In this document: piece after piece, positions 11,466 to 20,447 of the stretch
Position numbering within the stretch: the stretch's first letter is position 1
Layout: each line of letters opens with the position of its first letter
Source: Nitrospirota bacterium
Lineage (GTDB): Bacteria > Nitrospirota > Nitrospiria > Nitrospirales > NS-4
Length of the DNA stretch: 64,000 bases
NCBI GenBank assembly: GCA_963788195.1
Contig: CAWBGA010000017.1
Coordinates: 320,001 to 384,000, forward strand
Direction of reading: 5' to 3'
Translations under genes and position numbers: made by a program
The notes under the pieces: model-generated
The model's database searches: none
What the model was told of the DNA's origin: nothing
The model's input: the letters and a program-made list of their open reading frames with translations, nothing else

Positions 11466-12478
11466 GTGGTGGTTCGACAAGCTCACCACGAACGGTTTTT
11501 GTTTCTCCGCCTGATTCTCTTCTGTTGCCTCCTCGCTCTTTCCCCTGACCTCTTCGCTGCCACATGGATCTATACCGCGAATGAAGGCGACGGCAGCATC
11601 TCGGTCGTCGACGCGGATTCCGGCAAACGGACGGCGACCCTCCCAGGCCTGCGCGGGCCGCACAATATTCACCTGGGGCCGGATGGCATGCTGTACCTGA
11701 CGGACGGCCCCGCCAATCAGGCCGTCAAAGTGGACCCGCAGGGGCTTCGTATTCTGGCTCGATGGCCTGTCGGGCGTGGCCCGGCGCATGTGGTCATGAC
11801 TCCCGATACGAAACTTCTGCTTATCACCAATTCCGATTCAGGGGATCTGACGATCACTGACGCCGCCTCGCTTAAAACAATCACGACCGTTCCGGTCGGC
11901 CGGACACCGCACGGCATTGCTCTCTCGCCGAATGGGAGATTCGCCTACATCGCGAACCTCGGCAGCCGCGACCTGGCTATTTTTGATGTAGCGGCTAGAA
12001 CGCTGGTCGGCTCCGTGGCCCTTGAAGACGCCGCCGTCCAGGCATGGGTGGATCCGCAAGGCCGGTTTGTTTATGTGACCGGATCGGGTACAGCCCAGAT
12101 TTTTAAGATCGATGCAGCCTCAAGAGAGGTCGTCGCTCGAATCCCGGTCGGCAAACGTCCGGCACAGACTCGGCGTATCTCCCGACGGGAAATTCGTGAT
12201 CTCCTGTGATCAGGAAGCCGGGGAGCTGACCATCATCGATGCCGCCACAGATCGAGTCGTGACGGCACCTGTCTCTCGGCAAATGGACGCATGGGCTCTC
12301 GTTCAGCTCGAACGGCAAGCAGGTGTACGTAACCAACACCCAGAGTGATGACGTCTCGATCGTGGACCTCGGCACTCTGACCGAAGTCAAACGCGTCAAG
12401 GTGGGCAAGCGGCCGAACGGCATCGCCGCCAGCTATCCGAACAGTTTTATCTCAGCCGGCGGCCAGCCACAGCCTTAG
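11466..12478 (+). CDS. secreted YVTN/YncE-type beta-propeller protein; frameshifts near 12165 and 12280
   Basis: Hydrophobic signal region; repeats YTANEGDGSISVVD, VPVGRTPHGIALSPNG, VKVGKRPNGI. Confidence 0.8.
11469..11495 (+). repeat. REP-like palindromic unit GTGGTTCGACAAGCTCACCACGAACGG
   Basis: GTGGT/ACCAC stem; resembles a widespread intergenic repeat class (from memory). Confidence 0.5.
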
Positions 12479-12987
12479 GGCCGCTGATCGCGCACGCACC
12501 AGACCCGCCGGTTCAAGTGCTTGCCGTCAACCGTGACCTGGCCGGTGAAGAAGCTCACGTGCCATGCCAGAATCCGATCCTTGGCGTCCGGCGTAGAGGT
12601 CCAGTAGATCGCCGACTTTACATTGGAAAAGGGATGGCCGTCGGGGAGCGCGGGGTCCGCCTGCGAGAGATCCACAAGGCTGGCCAGCTCTTCCTTTGTC
12701 GGAACCCGCCATTCCTCCCGACCCCCTGTCGTTCTTCCGCGACAATAGTCTGGAGCATCCGCCCATCCCAGATGCTGGACGCCAGGGGATTGCTCCCATA
12801 CAAGTCCCGTCTTGTTGTCAACCACCGCCGCACCGCCCATCACGAGCGTAAAGCGGTCTGACGCCGCGGCCGATAGCCGCCACGAACAAGACGCCCCAGA
12901 TGAGACTGGGCACGGAGAGTCTCAGTACAGGTATCAAAGCGAAGCTCCGGCTGTGCCGGGGTCCGGGGGCATCGGAGCCATTCTCAT
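12475..12987 (-). CDS. DUF1566 (Lcl C-terminal) domain protein; 5' end uncertain, frameshift near 12870
   Basis: VDNKTGLVWEQ, WRVPTKEELASL, YWTST, VWCVR. Confidence 0.8.
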
Positions 12988-14168
12988 GGCGTACGGGCCC
13001 CCGTGCGAATAGACTCACGATCACTCCCCGGCGTAATAGAGCCTAACACCACCTCGCGCTTCGCGCCCGTGACGGCAGGCAGATTGCAGGGCACACCGCG
13101 CAACGCTTGATAGGCGAATACGGCAAACGCGACGGCTTCGAGGGCTCGCCCATTCCATCCGAGAGCCTCAACCGGCCGGACTGGCGTGCTCCCCCAGGCA
13201 TCCTGGAGCATTTCCATTAAGGTTAAGTTCTTCGCGCCGCCTCCGCAAATGAGTACTTCATCGACGCATCCCGAGAGAAATCGCTCTCCGTCCGCTATCG
13301 TTTGCGCAGTATAGGCAGTCGCCGTGGCCATGAGGTCGGCGGGGGTTATCGAAGGCCGCCGCGCGGCGCGAATCAAGTCTTTTAAGAATTCGTCTCCGAA
13401 CTCTTCCCGGCCTGTTGACTTGGGCGGGCGACGTCGCAGGTAGGGATGGCGCTGCATCCTTTTCAGAAGGCCCTGGTGCACTCTTCCCTTGGCCGCCAAC
13501 CGACCACCTCGATCAAATGTCTCCCGGCCATTTGTCAGACGACGGATGATCCCGTCAAGGACCATGTTACCTGGGCCGGTATCAAATGCGCGCACCGCCC
13601 GCAACGATCCTTGCGCTGGAAGGAAGGTGAGATTACTGATGCCGCCAATGTTCACCACCGCCCGAGTGCGCCGTGCATCCTGAAAGAGTAAATGGTGGAG
13701 ATACGGAGCAAGCGGGGCGCCTTGGCCGCCGATAGCCATGTCTCGTGTTCTGAAATCCGCTACAGTCTGTATGCCGGTGCGTTCCGCAATGACTGTTGGC
13801 GATCCAAGTTGAAGGGTTGAACGGAGCTCCCCGACTCCAGCTTCATGCCGTGGTATTGGGACATGCTGAAAGGTTTGTCCATGCGATCCAATGAGGGCGA
13901 CGTCGCGAGTCGACAGAGAAGCGAGGCGCCTCACGCGCAACGCCGCACGCGCCAACCACTCGCCAAGCGCCACATTGAGATGACAGATGTCGGGCAATCC
14001 TCCGTCCGTCATCGCGGTCAACAGGCGCACACGAAAATCAGCGGGGTACGGAAAAGTTCGAAAGGCAATCAGTTTAAGCGTTAACTTGTGCCCCGTGCCG
14101 GTGATGTCGACAACGGCTGCGTCCACACCATCCGCGGAGGTCCCGGACATGAGTCCGATCACCTTCAT
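12984..14168 (-). CDS. anmK: anhydro-N-acetylmuramic acid kinase
   Basis: IGLMSGTSADGVD, GSHGQT, GGQGAPL, NIGGISN, FDTGPGN, KSTGRE. Confidence 0.95.
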   Translation of the reverse strand: MKVIGLMSGTSADGVDAAVVDITGTGHKLTLKLIAFRTFPYPADFRVRLLTAMTDGGLPDICHLNVALGEWLARAALRVRRLASLSTRDVALIGSHGQTFQHVPIPRHEAGVGELRSTLQLGSPTVIAERTGIQTVADFRTRDMAIGGQGAPLAPYLHHLLFQDARRTRAVVNIGGISNLTFLPAQGSLRAVRAFDTGPGNMVLDGIIRRLTNGRETFDRGGRLAAKGRVHQGLLKRMQRHPYLRRRPPKSTGREEFGDEFLKDLIRAARRPSITPADLMATATAYTAQTIADGERFLSGCVDEVLICGGGAKNLTLMEMLQDAWGSTPVRPVEALGWNGRALEAVAFAVFAYQALRGVPCNLPAVTGAKREVVLGSITPGSDRESIRTGARTP

Positions 14169-14366
14169 GGAAGCTCAGGGTCCAGCGCAAGTGAGCCGCC
14201 GGTGCTCGAGGGGATTAGACATCCCAGTAAGTATATCTGCCTCATTCGGCCATCCGAAAGGCTACGTGAAAAGCTCCGTGAGGTCAAGGAACTGGATTGG
14301 AACGCCGGATAGTGATAACGTTGACAAAAGAAAGGCCGGACCGTGCCTCGCGGCGAAAGAGTCACC

Positions 14367-14573
14367 ATGCAACTCGGTTTCATCGGTCTGGGCAAGATGG
14401 GTATGAACATGGTCGCACGGTTACGTCAGGGTCGCCACGATCTTGTCACCTATGACCTGTCGCCGGATCTCGTCCGCGAGTCCGAGGCATGGCAGGAAGA
14501 GTCCTTCGCGGAAAAAATGCTGGCCGCCATGCGCAAAGCTTTCGGCGGTCACGCCGTCAAGAAACGGGAGTAA
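14367..14573 (+). pseudogene. gnd: 6-phosphogluconate dehydrogenase remnant: N- and C-termini fused by an in-frame internal deletion (68 aa)
   Basis: MQLGFIGLGKMGMNMVARL... joined directly to QEESFAEKMLAAMRKAFGGHAVK; immediately upstream of zwf. Confidence 0.8.
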
Positions 14574-14581
14574 AGACCGCC

Positions 14582-16093
14582 ATGGCAGAGTTGCCCCATA
14601 CCCTCCCCCCAAAACCCTGTACCCTGGTCATTTTCGGTGGGTCCGGCGATCTCTCTCGCCGGAAACTCCTTCCAGCCCTGTACAATCTGTTTCTCGATGG
14701 TCAACTGCCCGACAACTACGCGGTGACCGGTACCGGCCGCACACCTCTCAGCGACGACGACTTCCGTAAGTTCGCGCGGGAAGGTATCATGAAATACTCG
14801 CGGCAACCTTTGAATGACTCGATCTGGGAGAAGTTCGAGCAGCGGCTCTTCTGGGTCACGGGCGCTGTCAATCAACCGCAGTCCTATCTGGACTTGCGGG
14901 CGCGGCTCCTCGACATTGAAGCCAAGTTCAACCTCCCGGGAAGTCGCATCTTTTACCTGGCCATTCCACCGACGGCGATTGTCGTGACTGTCGAGGGGCT
15001 GTGGAAAGCTGGGCTTGCCCAGCCCGTCAGCGAGCAGAAGACCTTCTCCCGTATCATTATCGAAAAGCCCATCGGCCGGGATCTTACTTCCGCCTGGGAG
15101 ATCAATGAGGCGGTGGCCAGGGTTTTTGATGAATCCCAGGTTTTCCGAATCGACCACTACCTCGGGAAAGAGACGGTCCAGAATCTCTTAGTCATCCGGT
15201 TTGCGAACAGCATCTTTGAGCCGATCTGGAATTATAAGAACATCGATCACATCCAGATCACCGTGGCGGAGGCTGAGGGCGTGGGGACCCGCGCGAGCTA
15301 CTATGAGGAAGCGGGAGCGTTGCGCGACATGGTCCAGAATCATATGCTGCAGCTCCTCTGTCTGATTGCCATGGAACCGCCGTACTCCTTGGAGGCGAAT
15401 GTCGTGCGGGACGCGCGCATGGATGTGCTGCGGTGCCTTCGCCCGATCACGGGGAAAGATGTGTTGAAATACACCGTCCGTGCGCAGTACAGCGCCGGGA
15501 CGGTGAATAAGGTGGACGTGCCGGGCTATCGACGCGAGTCGGAGGTCAAGTCCGACTCTACGACCGAAACCTTCGTGGCACTCAAGCTTTTTTTGGACAA
15601 CTGGCGATGGTCGGGAGTGCCCTTCTACCTCCGCACCGGAAAAGCGCTGGCCAAGCGGGCCAGTGAAGTTGCCGTATATTTCAAAGAGATTCCCCAGATC
15701 CTTTTTAATACGGATCCGGAGCATCCACTTGCACCGAACGTGCTGGTGTTGAACATTCAGCCTGAAGAAGGCCTGTCGCTGCGCATTATTTCAAAAGTGC
15801 CCGGCACCAAGGCCAGGACCCATCCCGTCGAAATGCATTTTCGGTACGGGGAAGCGTTCGGAGTGCCCTCACCGGAAGCCTATGAACGATTGCTGTTGGA
15901 CGTGATGGCCGGCGACGCATCCCTGTTTATGCGGCGGGATATGGTCGAGGCCTCCTGGGCATGGATCACGCCGATCCTTGAAGGCTGGCAGCAGCACGGT
16001 ACCAAATGGTTGTCGGAATACGAACCCGGAACGATGGGTCCCATCGAAGCGGAACGGCTGATACAGTCTGACGGCCGCACCTGGCATAACTGA
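14582..16093 (+). CDS. zwf: glucose-6-phosphate 1-dehydrogenase
   Basis: IFGGSGDL, EKPIG, RIDHYLGKETVQN, NWRWSGVPFYLRTGK, AYERLL. Confidence 0.96.
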   Translation: MAELPHTLPPKPCTLVIFGGSGDLSRRKLLPALYNLFLDGQLPDNYAVTGTGRTPLSDDDFRKFAREGIMKYSRQPLNDSIWEKFEQRLFWVTGAVNQPQSYLDLRARLLDIEAKFNLPGSRIFYLAIPPTAIVVTVEGLWKAGLAQPVSEQKTFSRIIIEKPIGRDLTSAWEINEAVARVFDESQVFRIDHYLGKETVQNLLVIRFANSIFEPIWNYKNIDHIQITVAEAEGVGTRASYYEEAGALRDMVQNHMLQLLCLIAMEPPYSLEANVVRDARMDVLRCLRPITGKDVLKYTVRAQYSAGTVNKVDVPGYRRESEVKSDSTTETFVALKLFLDNWRWSGVPFYLRTGKALAKRASEVAVYFKEIPQILFNTDPEHPLAPNVLVLNIQPEEGLSLRIISKVPGTKARTHPVEMHFRYGEAFGVPSPEAYERLLLDVMAGDASLFMRRDMVEASWAWITPILEGWQQHGTKWLSEYEPGTMGPIEAERLIQSDGRTWHN

Positions 16094-16106
16094 CCTTCGC
16101 CGTTCG

Positions 16107-16135
16107 TTGACATTGCAGGACCGGGCTGTTAGGTT
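16107..16135 (+). promoter_or_regulatory. putative sigma70 promoter, possibly giving a leaderless mRNA
   Basis: TTGACA, 17 nt, TAGGTT with extended -10 TG; ATG 5 nt downstream. Confidence 0.45.
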
Positions 16136-16140
16136 CGGCC

Positions 16141-17022
16141 ATGCTGACACCTGCGATCGCTGCCGTCCGCGCAGTCATTTTTTTTCTGATTTTCAATACA
16201 ACGCCCGCCTTCGCCACACCGCTGAAAGTGGTGGCCACCCTTCCTATTCTTAAGGAGTTCGCGGAGCACGTGGGTGGCGAGCATGTCGAGGTAATCTCCT
16301 TAATTACCGGCTATGAGAGCGAACATTCCTACTCGCCCAAACCGAGCGATCTAAAGGCTCTCAGCGAGGCCCGGCTCCTGCTCGAGATCGGGCTTGGTTT
16401 GGAGATATGGCTCCAAGGCCTGGTAAAAAATGCGGGGAGTTCCGGCTTGCGAGTCGTCACGACCTCACGCGACATCTCCGTCATCCGGGACACCGACGAT
16501 CCTGGCTCCCAAGGCAACCCGCATATATGGCTTGACCCTGAGAACGCGAGGATCATGACGGGGCACATCGCACAGGCGCTCATCGAAGTCGACCCGGCCC
16601 ACACGCTCGTATACCGCACCAATCTCGAGAACTATCTCAAGCGCCTGAGCGATTCCGAACGGGAACTCAAGGGACATGTCGCTATGCTTCGTGACCGGCG
16701 GATCGTCACCTATCATCCCGCGTGGCCCTATTTCGCAAGGCGGTTCGGCTTTCGAATCGAGGGCGACATCATTCGGCAGGTCGGATCAGAACCCAGCGCC
16801 GCCCAACTTGCCAGGCTGGCGCGCCGCATGAAGACCGAAAAGATCAAAGTGATCGTCTCAGAGCCTCAGCTGAATCAGAAATTGGCGCAAACTCTGGCCA
16901 TGGAAACAGGCGCGCGTATTGTGCTGCTTTCCACGCTGCCTGGCGCAATTAAAGGCACGGAGACCTACCTGTCGATGCTGCACTACGATATCGCAAAGCT
17001 GGTCGAAGCCCTGCGGTTATAG
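16141..17022 (+). CDS. Zn/Mn ABC transporter substrate-binding protein (ZnuA-like)
   Basis: EHSYSPKPSD, NPHIWLDP, YHPAWPYFA. Confidence 0.9.
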   Translation: MLTPAIAAVRAVIFFLIFNTTPAFATPLKVVATLPILKEFAEHVGGEHVEVISLITGYESEHSYSPKPSDLKALSEARLLLEIGLGLEIWLQGLVKNAGSSGLRVVTTSRDISVIRDTDDPGSQGNPHIWLDPENARIMTGHIAQALIEVDPAHTLVYRTNLENYLKRLSDSERELKGHVAMLRDRRIVTYHPAWPYFARRFGFRIEGDIIRQVGSEPSAAQLARLARRMKTEKIKVIVSEPQLNQKLAQTLAMETGARIVLLSTLPGAIKGTETYLSMLHYDIAKLVEALRL

Positions 17023-17031
17023 GCCCAGCCA

Positions 17032-17847
17032 ATGGGACACGTCCACCCGCACCACCGTGATGATCATCACGGCAGACCGCTCATCCGCTTCGAACATGCG
17101 ACGTTTCGCTATCCCCATGGCACGGCGCTTGAGGACATCACATTCGAGATTGAGGACGGTGAGTTCGTCGGGATCATCGGACCCAACGGTTCCGGGAAGA
17201 CAACATTGCTGCGAGCCATCCTCGGACTCATGCCGCCCTCATCCGGATCGCTCCAAATTTTCGATTGCGCCTGCCAAGAGCTACGGTGCTACCACCGCGC
17301 CCGCATCGGGTATCTCCCCCAAAAAGAAGGCGTGGATCCGGACTTCCCAATCACGGTTGAGGAAACGGTGATGATGGGCCGCTCCGGCGTTATCGGCCTG
17401 TTCCGCCGGCCGGCCAAGGCCGACCGGGAGATTGTTCTTCATGCGCTCGAGGACGTCGGTATGGCGGACTTCAGCCGCCGCGCATTGGGAGCGCTATCGG
17501 GTGGTCAGCAGCAGCGGGTGTTTATCGCCAGGGCTCTCGCCCAGCACCCGCAGGTCCTACTCTTGGACGAGCCTACGACCGGCATTGATACTCCCACCCA
17601 ACATACCATTCTGGAACTCATCCGACACCTGCACCGGGACCTCCACCTGACGGTTCTCCTCGTCTCGCATGATATCAATCTCATTGCTCCGCTTGCAGAT
17701 CGCCTCGCGCTGCTCAAGACCCGATTATACGCCTTGGGGCCGGCCAAGGAGGTCCTCCGGGAGGAAATTCTTGCTCAGGTGTACGGGCCCGAGGCCGTCA
17801 AAACCGAGGCCGGACACGTTCTCATCGCGGATCATCACCACCGCTAG
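17032..17847 (+). CDS. metal ABC transporter ATP-binding protein (ZnuC-like) with His-rich termini
   Basis: GPNGSGKT, LSGGQQQR, LLLDEPT, VSHD. Confidence 0.92.
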   Translation: MGHVHPHHRDDHHGRPLIRFEHATFRYPHGTALEDITFEIEDGEFVGIIGPNGSGKTTLLRAILGLMPPSSGSLQIFDCACQELRCYHRARIGYLPQKEGVDPDFPITVEETVMMGRSGVIGLFRRPAKADREIVLHALEDVGMADFSRRALGALSGGQQQRVFIARALAQHPQVLLLDEPTTGIDTPTQHTILELIRHLHRDLHLTVLLVSHDINLIAPLADRLALLKTRLYALGPAKEVLREEILAQVYGPEAVKTEAGHVLIADHHHR

Positions 17848-18217
17848 GGGAAGGGAGTTTGTCTTGGCAAACTCCAGGGCGGGCGGGTGCTAATGGGGAA
17901 GGAGTTTGTCCCACGGGACAAGGCGCTGTCCAGGGGATAAGGAGTCTGTCCTGGCAGACTCCAGGTGGGTGGGTGCAATGGCAGCGCCGGGGTGGGGGGT
18001 GAAATGAGATTTCAGGGCGGGGGCAATGAGCAAACAAAAGAACAGAGAAACTACCCCGGCGGCCTTAAAATAATCATCAGGCCGTCACGGGAGAATGAGC
18101 TCGTCTTGGCGAGCTCAAGGGTGGGCTGGGTGCGATGTCGAGCAAGCTTTGTTTGGCGGGCGGGTGCCAGGGGAAAAAGAATCTGTCTTGGCAGATTCAG
18201 GGTGGGTGGGTGAAATT
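17847..18217 (+). repeat. cluster of 4 full plus partial copies of a G-run/hairpin repeat
   Basis: Stems GGAGTTTG/CAAACTCC, GGAGTCTG/CAGACTCC, TGAGCTCG/CGAGCTCA, GAATCTG/CAGATTC; TCYTGG loop; A-GG(G)-Y-GGG-(C)Y-GGG-TG tail. Confidence 0.85.
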
Positions 18218-18231
18218 GTGGGTGTAACCGC

Positions 18232-19056
18232 GTGATTGCCGATTTTCTCACCCTGAGCTTTCTCCAGCGAGCCCTGATCGCTGCGGCTCTCACCGGCGGC
18301 CTGTGCTCCGTCATTGGCGTCTTCGTTGTGTTGCGCGGCCTGGCGTTTATCGGGGCCGGCACGGCCCACGCAGCGTTCGCGGGTGTGACTCTCGCCTACC
18401 TTGTCGGACTACCCGCGATGCCTCTTGCGATTGCCTTTGGACTTGCGACAATCTGGATCACCGGCTTATTGGAAGAGCGTGGCCGTATGAAGCTGGACGT
18501 CAGCATAGGGATTTTCTATACGGCGACAATGGCTCTTGCCATCCTGTTTATCGGCTTGATGAAAGCCTACAATTCCGAGGTGTACGGGTACCTCTTCGGG
18601 AGCATCCTATCGGTCACCCGTGAGGAGCTTCTCTTTGGTGGCGTGCTTGTGGTGATCGTCGTGGGTCTGGTCTTTCTCTTCTCCAAGGAATTTTTCTTTA
18701 TCGCCTTCGACCAGAAGATGGCCGAGGCGTCCGGGGTCCCGGCGCGCCGTCTCTTTTTCCTGTTGCTGAGTTTGGTGGCCCTGACCATTGTCGTCTCCCT
18801 AAAGACGGTCGGGGCGATCCTCGTGTTTGCGCTTCTGCTCATTCCGGCATCCACCGCCTACCAACTGACCTCCAGTCTGCGGGGAATGATGGGGTATTCC
18901 GCTGCCATCGGCATCTTAGTCTCCTGCATCGGTGTACTATTATCCTTTCGATTCGACCTGCCCACTGGCCCCACCATTGTGCTGTTGGCAACGGCCGTCT
19001 TCTTTGCTTCCGTGGCGTTTTCCCCAAAGCGCGTTCGACGCGCGCTACATGCTTGA
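18232..19056 (+). CDS. metal ABC transporter permease (ZnuB-like)
   Basis: Multi-TM; GVFVVLRGLAF..AHAA, YLFGSIL, VGAILVFALLLIPA. Confidence 0.92.
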   Translation: MIADFLTLSFLQRALIAAALTGGLCSVIGVFVVLRGLAFIGAGTAHAAFAGVTLAYLVGLPAMPLAIAFGLATIWITGLLEERGRMKLDVSIGIFYTATMALAILFIGLMKAYNSEVYGYLFGSILSVTREELLFGGVLVVIVVGLVFLFSKEFFFIAFDQKMAEASGVPARRLFFLLLSLVALTIVVSLKTVGAILVFALLLIPASTAYQLTSSLRGMMGYSAAIGILVSCIGVLLSFRFDLPTGPTIVLLATAVFFASVAFSPKRVRRALHA

Positions 19057-19082
19057 CAAACGCGTCAGGGGACCATTACGCT
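19053..19082 (+). promoter_or_regulatory. putative sigma70 promoter
   Basis: TTGACA, 18 nt, TACGCT. Confidence 0.45.
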
Positions 19083-19238
19083 CCGCGCTAGTGCCGGCGC
19101 CTACCGAGGAGGTACAGATTCTGTTCCCCCATAGGTGGTAGGTTACGATGGAGACGTGCGAAGACCCCAGGAATACCGTCCGCCTGGAGGAATTCGGGAA
19201 CGAGAAGACGTCGGATGGTAGGATTTGGAGAATGCCCG

Positions 19239-19489
19239 ATGAAAACTGGTATCGTGTTAGCAGGATTGATGATGACATCTGCACTCCTTATTGGAGGCTG
19301 CGGACAGAGCACTGAGCCACCGCCGGAAACTAAGAAACCCGCCGAAGTTCCACCACCGGCGACCAGTTCGCCGGCACCGACGACGCCGGAATCTGCCCCC
19401 GGCGGAGCTCCCTCGACTTCCACCCCTGGTGGAACGACCGGCCCGGCGGAGCGACGCCTCCAAGCACTCCGGCACCTGCAGGCAAATAG
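19239..19489 (+). CDS. small Pro/Thr-rich lipoprotein; probable frameshift near 19440
   Basis: MKTGIVLAGLMMTSALLIGG-C lipobox; low-complexity tail continues in a shifted frame to ...PAPAGK* just before a hairpin. Confidence 0.65.
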
Positions 19490-19496
19490 CTCGAGT

Positions 19497-19523
19497 CCCC
19501 CGGGCCGGTTGTTGGCCCGGGGG
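19497..19523. terminator. 10-bp GC hairpin between convergent genes
   Basis: CCCCCGGGCC-ggttgtt-GGCCCGGGGG; weak U tract. Confidence 0.6.
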
Positions 19524-19559
19524 TTCCTCAACAAGCCTCGTTGGGCATGACTCTGCCAG

Positions 19560-20447
19560 CTATGATTCGCACGATTCTACCCGGGGTTGGTCGGGTTGAC
19601 CCGCGGCAATCCAGTCTATCGTCATCCGGACCATGCCGGGCGATTCCTCGAGGATGTTTTCCAGCAGCAATGCGATTTCAGCCATACTGATGGCGCTCGA
19701 TCGCGCAAGATACAATCGCGGCAAGGCACTGTCGGGCCTGCACGTCGGCGGGCTCAAAATAACCCGTGAGTATTCCATCCTCGTAGGCTTCCAAAAGCCG
19801 GTTCCAAAACAATTCCACAGCCTCCGTATCCCAATCGATTTGAAACCGATTCGTCACTTCCAGTTTGTTCCATATGGCCCAGCCTACAAAAACTCCCCAG
19901 GTCTCATTCAATGCGTCCCAACCCTCGCTTTCGGCAAGTCTCCGATGCTCAGTAGATACTCTTCGTTGCTGGGTTTTCTGCCCGGGACCGGCTACCACGT
20001 CCACAACCGTGTATCGGCACGCCAACAGCCGCTTGGCTTCGTCCCGAATTCGCGCCGCTTCTTCCGGCATTCTCGCTGACCCGGCGGCGAAGTCGAGATA
20101 GTCGAAATACGCGTGAAAGAACTCATGGTACATCGTCGCGAGTTCGTGGTTGCTGATATCGCGGACAGGGCGAAAGCGCGTCCCTGGTGATTCTCTGACA
20201 GCGCCAGGTGGAAGACCATGCGGTGTCCGGCCGGATGGTACTCGGCCGCGGCCGTCTTAAGTTCCGCAAATTCCAGTTGCACGAACTCCGCCGGCAACAA
20301 GGTGAGAAAGCGGGCGGGCAAGCCGGCTTCCGCCAATTCCTTCGTGAAGCGCGCCCATTCCAGCGGTGAGTCCGGAACACGAACCGCCAACGCCGACATG
20401 GGCAGCAGGAGAAGGATCAGAAGGCTAGTAGGAACGATCGTCTTCAT
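19560..20447 (-). CDS. secreted hypothetical protein with HExxH motif; frameshifts near 20170 and 19720
   Basis: Signal peptide MKTIVPTSLLILLLLPMSALA; MYHEFFHAYF; downstream ALNETW. Confidence 0.6.

Noticed and set aside
11469..11495. tRNA (GGTTCGA T-loop-like motif)
   Set aside because: No cloverleaf; it fits a REP-like palindrome instead.
17847..18217. CRISPR array
   Set aside because: Repeat sequences vary, spacing is irregular, copies are dispersed elsewhere, and no cas genes are present.
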